DNA of 15,872 nucleotides, from positions 1-15,872 of the forward strand of contig JBMYOQ010000084.1 of the NCBI GenBank assembly GCA_049599475.1, written 5' to 3'. The position numbers were made by a program, and so were the translations under genes. The notes beneath the pieces are model-generated. The model did no database searches. It was not told the origin of the DNA and worked only from the letters and a program-made list of their open reading frames with translations. Of the stretch, positions 6,785-14,278 are shown piece by piece; positions within the stretch are counted from its first letter, which is position 1; every line of letters starts with the position of its first letter. The stretch comes from Opitutales bacterium. GTDB taxonomy: Bacteria; Verrucomicrobiota; Verrucomicrobiia; Opitutales; JABSRG01.

Positions 6785-7957
6785 ATGGGATACGTAGCAA
6801 TTAAAGGAGGCGAAACAGCAATTCAGAATGCTGAGCGCCTAGTCGCTTTTTATCGAGTAAAGAGCAAGACCACGCCTCTCGAAGTGGAGCAGATTCGTAC
6901 CCAGTTTCGTAAGGCACTGGATAAGATTATGAGCGAAGGCTCACTCTACGCTCCAGAGCACGCTGCGCTTGCGCTCAAGCAAGTGGAGGGAGATTTATTT
7001 GAAGGCGCTTTCATGCTCCGCGCATTCCGTGCCACGCTGAACCGCTCTTATTTTTCTGAGATGCTGGATACGGATTCGATGCAGATCGAGCGCCGTGTTT
7101 CTTCAGCTTTTCGCGATATCCCGGGTGGGCAGGTTTTAGGGCCGACACGTGATTACGTTTTGCGTCTCCTGAATACGGATATCGTTAAAGAATCATTGGG
7201 CTCTGTTTCCAGTTTCCTGTCCGAGCAAGAGCGTAAAGAGTTGGCTGAAGGCGCTTCGCCGGATGCGTCTCAATTCCCGCGGATTATCAATTTCCTCAAG
7301 GAGCGTGGGCACCTGAAGCCGTCTCCTGAAAAGAAGAACGAGCGCGTATTTGATGTGACTCGTGAAGCGGTCAAATACCCGGCACCGCGCAGCGCCACCA
7401 TGCAGATGCTGGCACGTGGCGAGCAGGGCGGCATGACCTCGATGGCCTACAGTTCTGTGCGCGGTTTCGGTGATATGGAGCCGAGTGTTGGCGAATTGCG
7501 TGTTGGAAAATGCCAAGTAAAGGTGCGCGATCGCCGCAACCGTGTGCGCTGCATCGGACGCATTCGCCTCACCGAGGCCGATGTCGTTACCAAGGTGAAA
7601 GAGGGCAACCGTGACAAGGTGCCTTACATGACGCACGGTTACGGACTCTGCTTCGGACAGAACGAGCTAAAGGCCGTGAGCATGGCCATTTTGGACCGCG
7701 CAATCCGCTACGGCGATGAGGAAGAACCCGCCTGCCAGCAAGAGTTTGTCCTCTACCACACAGAAGGCGTCGAATCATACGGATTTACCAACCACCTCAA
7801 GCTGCCACACTATGTGACTTTCCAAAGCGGTCTGAGCAATGTGCGCCAGGCTATGCAGCGCAAGGAAGAAGCTCAAAGGAAGGCTGCCTTTGGGGTGACG
7901 GGAACAGATGCCAAGAAGATTAAGGATATTCCTGATCCACGCAGCATGTATCGCTAA
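6785..7957 (+). CDS. phnI: C-P lyase complex subunit PhnI, 390 aa
   Basis: MGYVAIKGGE, ALKQVEGDLFEGAFMLRAFR, RRVSSAFRDIPGGQVLGPT and GFTNHLKLPHYVTFQ (H337/H342 intact). Confidence 0.96.
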   Translation: MGYVAIKGGETAIQNAERLVAFYRVKSKTTPLEVEQIRTQFRKALDKIMSEGSLYAPEHAALALKQVEGDLFEGAFMLRAFRATLNRSYFSEMLDTDSMQIERRVSSAFRDIPGGQVLGPTRDYVLRLLNTDIVKESLGSVSSFLSEQERKELAEGASPDASQFPRIINFLKERGHLKPSPEKKNERVFDVTREAVKYPAPRSATMQMLARGEQGGMTSMAYSSVRGFGDMEPSVGELRVGKCQVKVRDRRNRVRCIGRIRLTEADVVTKVKEGNRDKVPYMTHGYGLCFGQNELKAVSMAILDRAIRYGDEEEPACQQEFVLYHTEGVESYGFTNHLKLPHYVTFQSGLSNVRQAMQRKEEAQRKAAFGVTGTDAKKIKDIPDPRSMYR

Positions 7958-7983
7958 AAAGTGTATCGAAAAATTTAGATATT

Positions 7984-8901
7984 ATGATCGAGACAAAGAA
8001 ATTTGAACGTAGCTACAACTACGGTTTTATCGATGAGACGACGAAGAAGGAAATTCGCCGCAAGATGCTAAAAGCGGCGGCGATCCCTGGCTATCAGGTT
8101 CCTTATTCTTCTCCTGAAATGCCGATCTCTCGCGGGTGGGGCACCGGCGGCCTGCACGCTACTCTCTCGCTTATCGGTAAGGAAGACGTATTCAAAATTA
8201 TCGATCAGGGCAGCGATGCGAGTGTCAACGCCTGCAACTTGCGCGACTTCGTCAAGCGCATGACTGACTGCGAGACGACTTTTGATACTGCCGACGCGAC
8301 CATCATTCAGACGCGTCACCGGATCACTGAGGAGGTTTTAAACGAGAACCAAATCATCGTGTTCCAAGTGCCACAGCCGGAGATTCTTCGAAGTGTTGAG
8401 CGCTACGAATATAAGACTCGTCAAATGCACGCAGAGGCGGATTACGCCAAGATGTGGGTGAGCCTTTACGAGAGCTACGTGAAGTTCGGCGCAATCATGC
8501 GCGGAGCGGGATACCCTGTCCGTGTAAATGGTCGCTACGTCATGAGCCCATCTCCGATTCCACGTTGGGATGTACCTAACCTCAGTGACTCAGATAATAT
8601 CAATGTTTTTGCAGCAGGTCGTGAGAAACGCATCTACGTCGTCCCACCACACACGACTGTCGAGCCGCTGGAATTCGAAGACGTGCGTTTCACTGTTGAA
8701 AACTTTGACGGAATCAAATGTGCGGCATCCGGTGAAGACGATGCATTCATGGATGAAATCTACGCAACAGACGGCTCTCAGAGTTATGTGATCAACGATT
8801 CCAACTTCTTAGACAAGGTCCGCGTCCCCGATCACGAGCGCCCGAAACAGCGCCTGTTTAAATACCAACAAGAAAAGAACATAGGGGCATCTCGCCTGTA
8901 G
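7984..8901 (+). CDS. phnJ: PhnJ homolog (PRPn C-P lyase-like) lacking the canonical CX2CX21CX5C motif, 305 aa
   Basis: YNYGFIDETTKKEIRR, AIPGYQVP, GWGTGG, KIIDQG, IQTRHRI, PSPIPRWD and AGREKRIY. The C-terminal segment reads CAAS...YVINDSNFL. Confidence 0.95.
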   Translation: MIETKKFERSYNYGFIDETTKKEIRRKMLKAAAIPGYQVPYSSPEMPISRGWGTGGLHATLSLIGKEDVFKIIDQGSDASVNACNLRDFVKRMTDCETTFDTADATIIQTRHRITEEVLNENQIIVFQVPQPEILRSVERYEYKTRQMHAEADYAKMWVSLYESYVKFGAIMRGAGYPVRVNGRYVMSPSPIPRWDVPNLSDSDNINVFAAGREKRIYVVPPHTTVEPLEFEDVRFTVENFDGIKCAASGEDDAFMDEIYATDGSQSYVINDSNFLDKVRVPDHERPKQRLFKYQQEKNIGASRL

Positions 8902-8925
8902 TCTGAAATTTTAAATCTCTCCAAA

Positions 8926-9780
8926 ATGGTTTCACTTTCCAAAGACGAACAATGGTTGCTCCGCGTGCGCGGTTTGCAAAAAATCTACGGCGAGCCTTGC
9001 TCAAGCACCATTCAATACACAGGCCCTAAATTTGGGTCGAACATCTGCCCAGAGACCGACGCTATCGTTGCATGTGCTGAAGTAGATTTTGATCTTTATC
9101 CAGGTGAAGTGCTGGGTGTTGTGGGCGAATCTGGATCGGGTAAGTCGACCCTCGTTCAGCTCCTTTATTTTGACAATGAAGCCACCGGCGGAGAAGTTTA
9201 TTTCCGTGACTTCGAAGGCGGGCAGACCAATCTGCTGACGATTTCAAATCAGAAAAAACGCTACATGCGCAATCACCTCATGGGGATGGTGTATCAGAAT
9301 CCACGTGACGGTTTGAATTTCAAATTTTCGGCGGGCGGTAATATCGCAGAAAAGCTTTTGATGGCCGGTAATTTCCACGTCGGAAATATCCGCGATCGTG
9401 CGAGTGGCCTTCTCGACAAAACAGAAGTTCCGGTAAAGCGCATGGACAGCATGCCCGGCCACTTCTCAGGCGGTATGCAGCAGCGTGTGCAAATCTCAAA
9501 AGCAATCGCGAACAACCCGCCGATCGTCTTCCTCGACGAGGTGACCACCGGTCTCGACGTCTCCGTTCAGGCTAAGGTTCTGGACCTTATCCGTGGTCTC
9601 CAGCAAGAGCTCGGAATTTCCATGATTGTTGTGTCCCACGATTTGAGTGTCATCCGTATGCTCACTGACCGCACCATGGTCATGAAAAATGGGCGCATCG
9701 TCGAATCAGGATTGACCGATCAAATTCTCCAAGACCCGCAACACGCTTACACACAACTCCTCGTAAGCAGTCTTCTCTAA
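8926..9780 (+). CDS. phnK: C-P lyase system ABC-type ATPase PhnK, 284 aa
   Basis: FDLYPGEVLGVVGESGSGKST, YQNPRDGL, AGGNIAEKL, FSGGMQQR, LDEVTTGLDVSVQA and ESGLTDQILQDPQHAYTQLLVSS. Confidence 0.94.
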   Translation: MVSLSKDEQWLLRVRGLQKIYGEPCSSTIQYTGPKFGSNICPETDAIVACAEVDFDLYPGEVLGVVGESGSGKSTLVQLLYFDNEATGGEVYFRDFEGGQTNLLTISNQKKRYMRNHLMGMVYQNPRDGLNFKFSAGGNIAEKLLMAGNFHVGNIRDRASGLLDKTEVPVKRMDSMPGHFSGGMQQRVQISKAIANNPPIVFLDEVTTGLDVSVQAKVLDLIRGLQQELGISMIVVSHDLSVIRMLTDRTMVMKNGRIVESGLTDQILQDPQHAYTQLLVSSLL

Positions 9781-9798
9781 TCATCTTACTATTTGTCA

Positions 9799-9826
9799 GG
9801 TAGGGGCATGCGTGCCCGCTTGACCT
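9799..9826 (+). repeat. Single GTAG-type REP hairpin (degenerate)
   Basis: ggtaggggcatgcgtgcccgcttgacct, two mismatches from the copy at 6031-6058. Confidence 0.8.
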
Positions 9827-9854
9827 CCTGAACTCCTAAAATTTTAGAAATTCC

Positions 9855-10583
9855 ATGACACCGATTCTCGAAGTCAACAATCTGCGCAAGTCATTTCTGC
9901 TCTACATCCTGAATGACAAAAAGATCGAAGCTCTCGACGATGTAACCTTCAGTCAAAATGAGGGAGAAATTGTTGGCCTCACAGGTAAGTCGGGTTCGGG
10001 TAAGTCCAGCCTCATGAAGTGCATCTATCGCACTTACCTGTGTAACTCTGGCGAGATGATCTACCAATCTGAGATTTATGGATCGATTGATTTGCTGAAG
10101 GCCACCGAGCACCAAATCCTACGCATTCGCCAAGAGGAAATGACCTACTGCTCGCAGTTCCTCAGCGTGATTCCACGGGTTCCTGCCGTCGAAGTGGTTG
10201 CAGCTCGTTTGCTCCAAGAAGGGGTCGCCTACGACGAGGCTATGGAGCGTGCACGGACCATGCTCGATAAGCTCGGCCTGCCACGTGAGCTTTGGGACGC
10301 ATTTCCTTCAACATTCTCTGGCGGTGAGCAGCAACGTATTAACGTCGCCCGTGCAATTCTTGGTAAGCCACGCTATCTCTTGATCGACGAGCCTACTGCA
10401 TCGCTTGACCCGAAGACCAAAGACGTCGTCATCGACATGATTTTGGGCCTCAAGGATGCAGGCACTTCAGTAATGCTCATCACCCACGACAAATATGCTC
10501 TCGAGCGCATGTCGGACCGCCGCCTCCACTTGGCACATGGTCGTCTGGAAGAGGTTGAAGTGGCATCGACCCTAGCGCTTTAA
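9855..10583 (+). CDS. phnL: C-P lyase system ATPase PhnL, 242 aa
   Basis: GKSGSGKSSLMKCIYRTY, SQFLSVIPRV, LWDAFPSTFSGGEQQRINVAR and DEPTASLD. Confidence 0.94.
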   Translation: MTPILEVNNLRKSFLLYILNDKKIEALDDVTFSQNEGEIVGLTGKSGSGKSSLMKCIYRTYLCNSGEMIYQSEIYGSIDLLKATEHQILRIRQEEMTYCSQFLSVIPRVPAVEVVAARLLQEGVAYDEAMERARTMLDKLGLPRELWDAFPSTFSGGEQQRINVARAILGKPRYLLIDEPTASLDPKTKDVVIDMILGLKDAGTSVMLITHDKYALERMSDRRLHLAHGRLEEVEVASTLAL

Positions 10584-10590
10584 TCGATCC

Positions 10591-11544
10591 ATGAAAAAGT
10601 GTATCCAGAGAGGCCTTACAGCAAGTATTGCTTTAGCTCTCTCTGCTTTCTTAGTCGGTTGTGGTTCGGATGAGCCGGAAACAATCGTAATGGAAAATGG
10701 CGAGGTCTGGCCTGCGAAGGTAGTCTATGCTTACACGCCCTCGCAGGAGGAGCCGGAAGGGCGCTTAGAACGCTATGAAAAGCTTGCCGAGTATCTCACT
10801 TCGCAGATCGGTGTAGACGTTGAATTGATACGCTCTTCGAACTACGGTCCCACGATCGAAGCGATGCGTGCTGACAAAGTGGATATCGCCTCTGGCGGAT
10901 CATTCATGTATATGATCGCTCACGAAAAGGCGGGCGCTGAAGCGATTGCAACGCGTGGTTCGATAGGAGGGGAACGCGACTCTTACCACTCACTCATCGC
11001 GACAAGTCCGAAGACGGGAATTAAAACGCTCGAAGATTTGATCGCGGGTGGAGAGGAATACTCCTTTGCGTTCACAGATGCGGCATCGACATCGGGTCAC
11101 CTCGTGCCGCGAGGTGCTTTCGAATCGATGGGCGTGAACCCAGAAGATGTCTTCAAGGAAGTCGTGTTTACGCAAAGTCACTTAAACGTCGTGATGGCGA
11201 CCGTTGCTGCAAAAGTCGATGCTGGGGCTATGAATGGTAGCACCTACACGCGATTTATTCGGGATGGGAGAATTAAGGAAGAAGAACTCATTGTGTTGTG
11301 GAAATCGGGTGACATTCCGACCTCACCGATTTTCGTTCGCAGCGAACTTCCCGAAGGCCTGAAGGCTGCCGTCCGCGAAGCCTACGTAAATATGCACATC
11401 CACGCTCCCGATCTATTGCAGGGCTTCCGTGACAGAGCGATGCGCCCCAATATGGTATACATCGAGGCGAACGACGCGATGTGGGATGGTTTGCGCGAAA
11501 CAGCTTACAACCTCGATACGATGACACTCCTCAGTGGGGGATAA
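10591..11544 (+). CDS. phnD: Phosphonate/phosphite ABC transporter substrate-binding lipoprotein PhnD, 317 aa
   Basis: Signal peptide with lipobox LVGC, YGPTIEAMR, FAFTDAASTSGHLVP, SH and LWKSGDIP. Followed by phnC and phnE. Confidence 0.9.
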   Translation: MKKCIQRGLTASIALALSAFLVGCGSDEPETIVMENGEVWPAKVVYAYTPSQEEPEGRLERYEKLAEYLTSQIGVDVELIRSSNYGPTIEAMRADKVDIASGGSFMYMIAHEKAGAEAIATRGSIGGERDSYHSLIATSPKTGIKTLEDLIAGGEEYSFAFTDAASTSGHLVPRGAFESMGVNPEDVFKEVVFTQSHLNVVMATVAAKVDAGAMNGSTYTRFIRDGRIKEEELIVLWKSGDIPTSPIFVRSELPEGLKAAVREAYVNMHIHAPDLLQGFRDRAMRPNMVYIEANDAMWDGLRETAYNLDTMTLLSGG

Positions 11545-11583
11545 TAAGGTGGGACCTATGGCATACGTATCGACAGTTCAAAG

Positions 11584-11721
11584 GGTAGGGGCAACCGTCC
11601 CGGTTGCCCTCACTGATGGTTCTGCTGGCGGCTGCGCCTTGAGGTCAAGCGGGGACGCTTGCCCCTACCTGTTTAGGGTATTTAGGGCATTTGGGGTAGG
11701 GGCAACCGTCCCCGGTTGCCC
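11584..11721. repeat. Cluster of three GTAG-type REP hairpins (+,-,+) between phnD and phnC
   Basis: 11584-11610 ggtaggggcaaccgtcccggttgccct. 11642-11669 reverse complement is identical to 6031-6058. 11695-11721 ggtaggggcaaccgtccccggttgccc. Confidence 0.88.
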
Positions 11722-11768
11722 GCCTCGCGCGAATTCAGCCCAACACAATTTCAACTACGGCTACACCC

Positions 11769-12584
11769 ATGCTTGAAGTAAAGAACCTCACAAAGACCGT
11801 AAAAAACGGGAAGACCATTCTAAACGGTATTTCGTTTCGCGTTGAAGCCGGTGAGTTTGTCGGCGTTCTTGGGCCTAGCGGAGCTGGAAAATCATTGTCG
11901 ATTCGCTGTGTGCTTGGGCTGACCAAAGCCTCGTCTGGCGACATCTATTTCGAAGATAATAAAGACCGCATCTATCATTTGACGCAATTGAGCGGTAAGA
12001 AACTCCGCTATGCTCGCATGAAGATGGGTGTGATTTTCCAAGGGTCTAACTTGGTGCGACGGTTAACTGTATTGGAAAATGTGATGCTAGGCCGCTTGGC
12101 GCGCATCCCTTCTTGGCGCAGTTGGTTGTATGGTTTTACTGATGATGAGGCGAGGCGCGCGATGAAGGCGCTCAGCCAAATTGGAATGGGTGAATATGCG
12201 GGCCGTCTTACCGGTTCACTGTCTGGTGGCGAAATGCAGCGCGTCGCCATCGCTCGCGCTATTAATCAAAACCCAGCCTTATACATTGCGGACGAACCCG
12301 TGAGCAGCCTGGACCCGAAGAATGCGCGCTCCATCATGCGTTTGCTTGCCCCGCTTGCGGCGGAGAAGGGAGTCCTCGGCGTCTTTCACCAACCAGACCT
12401 TGTCGCGAAATTCTGCACGCGTATGGTTGGGTTGCGTGACGGGAAAGTAATCTATGATGGCACACCGAGCACCGATCCTGATTTGCTGCGCTCCATTTAT
12501 GGAGAGGAGCTTGACGAGCTGGCCGATATCTCGAATTTGACGCTGCACGAGGATGATCCCTTCGAAGCGCGCGTAAAGGCTTAG
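11769..12584 (+). CDS. phnC: Phosphonate ABC transporter ATP-binding protein PhnC, 271 aa
   Basis: GPSGAGKS, GVIFQ..NLVRRLTVLENVMLGRL, LSGGEMQRVAIARA, ADEPVSSLDP and an HQ H-loop. Confidence 0.93.
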   Translation: MLEVKNLTKTVKNGKTILNGISFRVEAGEFVGVLGPSGAGKSLSIRCVLGLTKASSGDIYFEDNKDRIYHLTQLSGKKLRYARMKMGVIFQGSNLVRRLTVLENVMLGRLARIPSWRSWLYGFTDDEARRAMKALSQIGMGEYAGRLTGSLSGGEMQRVAIARAINQNPALYIADEPVSSLDPKNARSIMRLLAPLAAEKGVLGVFHQPDLVAKFCTRMVGLRDGKVIYDGTPSTDPDLLRSIYGEELDELADISNLTLHEDDPFEARVKA

Positions 12585-12589
12585 AGACC

Positions 12590-13420
12590 ATGGGAAGCGT
12601 CACACAGATGGACCCTTCGCAGCATGCCGCGCTCAAGCCGTATGGTCCCAATAAAAAATGGCGCCTGCTGGGTCGTCTCTTTTTTGTTCTACTGATCGTA
12701 GGTCTTGCCTCATGGCGAGTCGAAGTCGACATCATCACGCTTATCAAAGATCTTCCTGAAGGCTTGGATCGCAGTAAGGATTTCTTTAATCCGCTCTTTA
12801 GCGCGATTCCCGAGCTTATTGTTCCGGCTTTTGTCCTGATTCTTCTAGCACTGATCCCGACGCCGATCGGAGTTATTTTAGCGATCCCTGTCTCCTTTTT
12901 GGCGTCTAGTAACATCGTTCCAGCTTGGGTCCGTAATATCACGCGCACTTGCATCACAATTCAACGGGGAGTTCCTGAGATTGTCGTGATGGTCTTGATG
13001 ACGGCTGCCTTTGGATTGGGGGCCTACCCCGGCATTATGGCTATTACGATTGGCTCCATAGGCATGCTGGCAAAACTCTTTGCAGACGCGATTGAAGAGG
13101 TAGAAGAAAAGGCTTTGGAATCCCTTGAGTGCACGGGGGCGACTAAATGGCAGGTCGTGCGCTATGGGATTATTCCCGAAGTCATCCCAACGATTATTTC
13201 GAACTCGATTTTTCGTTTTGAAATCAACATGCGTCAGGCCGGCTTGTTAGGCGCGGTGGGCGCTGGGGGGCTCGGCTATGAGTTGAGCACATCCATGCTT
13301 GCTCTAGAATATGAACGCGCGGCTGCAGTTATCTTGATGCTTCTTCTACTGATATTCGCTGCTGAAAAACTATCCGATTGGTTGCGCTCTAGAATCTTTA
13401 AAGGAGATGATTTTAAATGA
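12590..13420 (+). CDS. phnE: Phosphonate ABC transporter permease PhnE (first copy), 276 aa
   Basis: RGVPEIV, GLGAYPG, GMLAKLFADAIE, RFEINMRQA..LGAVGAGGLG and multiple TM segments. Confidence 0.92.
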   Translation: MGSVTQMDPSQHAALKPYGPNKKWRLLGRLFFVLLIVGLASWRVEVDIITLIKDLPEGLDRSKDFFNPLFSAIPELIVPAFVLILLALIPTPIGVILAIPVSFLASSNIVPAWVRNITRTCITIQRGVPEIVVMVLMTAAFGLGAYPGIMAITIGSIGMLAKLFADAIEEVEEKALESLECTGATKWQVVRYGIIPEVIPTIISNSIFRFEINMRQAGLLGAVGAGGLGYELSTSMLALEYERAAAVILMLLLLIFAAEKLSDWLRSRIFKGDDFK

Positions 13421-14241
13421 GCGAGAGTATCGAAGTGCCATCCGAACTGCTCCCATCGCGTAAGTTCCTCAAAAACCTTGGAATTTTCGCGGGCATACTC
13501 GGCTTCCTGATTGCTGCCTTTATTTACCTGGGCACGAACCCCTTCATGTTCTTCACGGAGTTTCATTACGTAGCGAATCTATTTAAGGATATGGTGCCGC
13601 CGAATGCTGATTTGTTTGTATCGGAAAAGTTATGGGCTTCCATGGCCCAAACGGTATCGATGGCATTTCTTGGGACCTTTGGGGGCGGCTTCCTCGCCTT
13701 CGTAATGGCATTTTTCGCTGCGCGCAATACGGCGCCCAATGCGTTTACGCGAGCAGCTTTTCGGGCGTTCCTTGCATTGCAACGTGTCGCCCCGGATTAC
13801 GCGATCATGCTCGTGATTATCACTACGGTAGGTTTTGGCCCCTTCGCAGGCACGATTGCCTTGATTATTGGTTCCACCGGTATGTTCGGAAAATTTTTCG
13901 CGGACGCGATTGAAAACGTGAACAGCAAGCCGCAAGAGAGCGTGCGCGTGCTCGGCGCTTCAAAGACTCAAGAAATCCGATACGGAATCGTGCCGCTCGT
14001 GCTGCCTAGCTTCGTAGCAAATGGATTCTTCCTTTTGGAAATCAATATGGGCGCTGCCATTGCGCTAGGAGTTTATGGCGGAGGGGGCCTCGGCTTCCAC
14101 CTGAACGTTGCCGGAGACACTCTGCAATACAAGGACCTACTCGCCTATGTGCTCTTTATCCTGGTGTTGATGATTTGTATCGAGCGTGTCTCAGACTTTT
14201 TCCGCAAACGCATCTTCAACAAAGGGGTCACGCTGAAATGA
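13417..14241 (+). CDS. phnE: Phosphonate ABC transporter permease PhnE (second copy), 274 aa
   Basis: ATGA overlap with the first phnE. TVSMAFLGT, GFGPFAG, GMFGKFFADAIE and LEIN..ALGVYGGGGLG. Confidence 0.92.
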   Translation: MSESIEVPSELLPSRKFLKNLGIFAGILGFLIAAFIYLGTNPFMFFTEFHYVANLFKDMVPPNADLFVSEKLWASMAQTVSMAFLGTFGGGFLAFVMAFFAARNTAPNAFTRAAFRAFLALQRVAPDYAIMLVIITTVGFGPFAGTIALIIGSTGMFGKFFADAIENVNSKPQESVRVLGASKTQEIRYGIVPLVLPSFVANGFFLLEINMGAAIALGVYGGGGLGFHLNVAGDTLQYKDLLAYVLFILVLMICIERVSDFFRKRIFNKGVTLK

Positions 14242-14255
14242 TGCGTGCCCCTACC
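14224..14255 (-). repeat. Variant GTAG REP-like hairpin overlapping the last codons and stop of the second phnE
   Basis: Reverse complement is GGTAG-GGGCACGC-atcatttca-GCGTGACC-cc. It has the same GGTAGGGGCA head and G/A stem mismatch as most of the other copies. Confidence 0.6.
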
Positions 14256-14278
14256 TTTTATTACAAAATTACACGATT

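Noticed and set aside
8719..8901. A frameshift or sequencing error as the explanation for the missing PhnJ cysteines
   Set aside because: The flanking conserved residues (F-x-D-E-I, D-G, Y-V-x-x-D) stay in frame through the region, so these are point substitutions.
11584..11721. Possible mini-CRISPR array (about 27-bp palindromic repeats with 25-31 bp spacers)
   Set aside because: The repeats alternate in orientation, are dispersed at other gene junctions, carry a GTAG REP head, and no cas genes are present.
11534..11776. 80-aa ORF between phnD and phnC
   Set aside because: It consists mostly of three REP copies (VGATVP repeated), so it is a repeat translation artefact.
12334..12957. 207-aa antisense ORF, and the other antisense or nested ORFs of 60-150 aa across the window
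   Set aside because: They overlap well-supported phn, pho or kinase genes and show no recognisable motifs. They are shadow frames.
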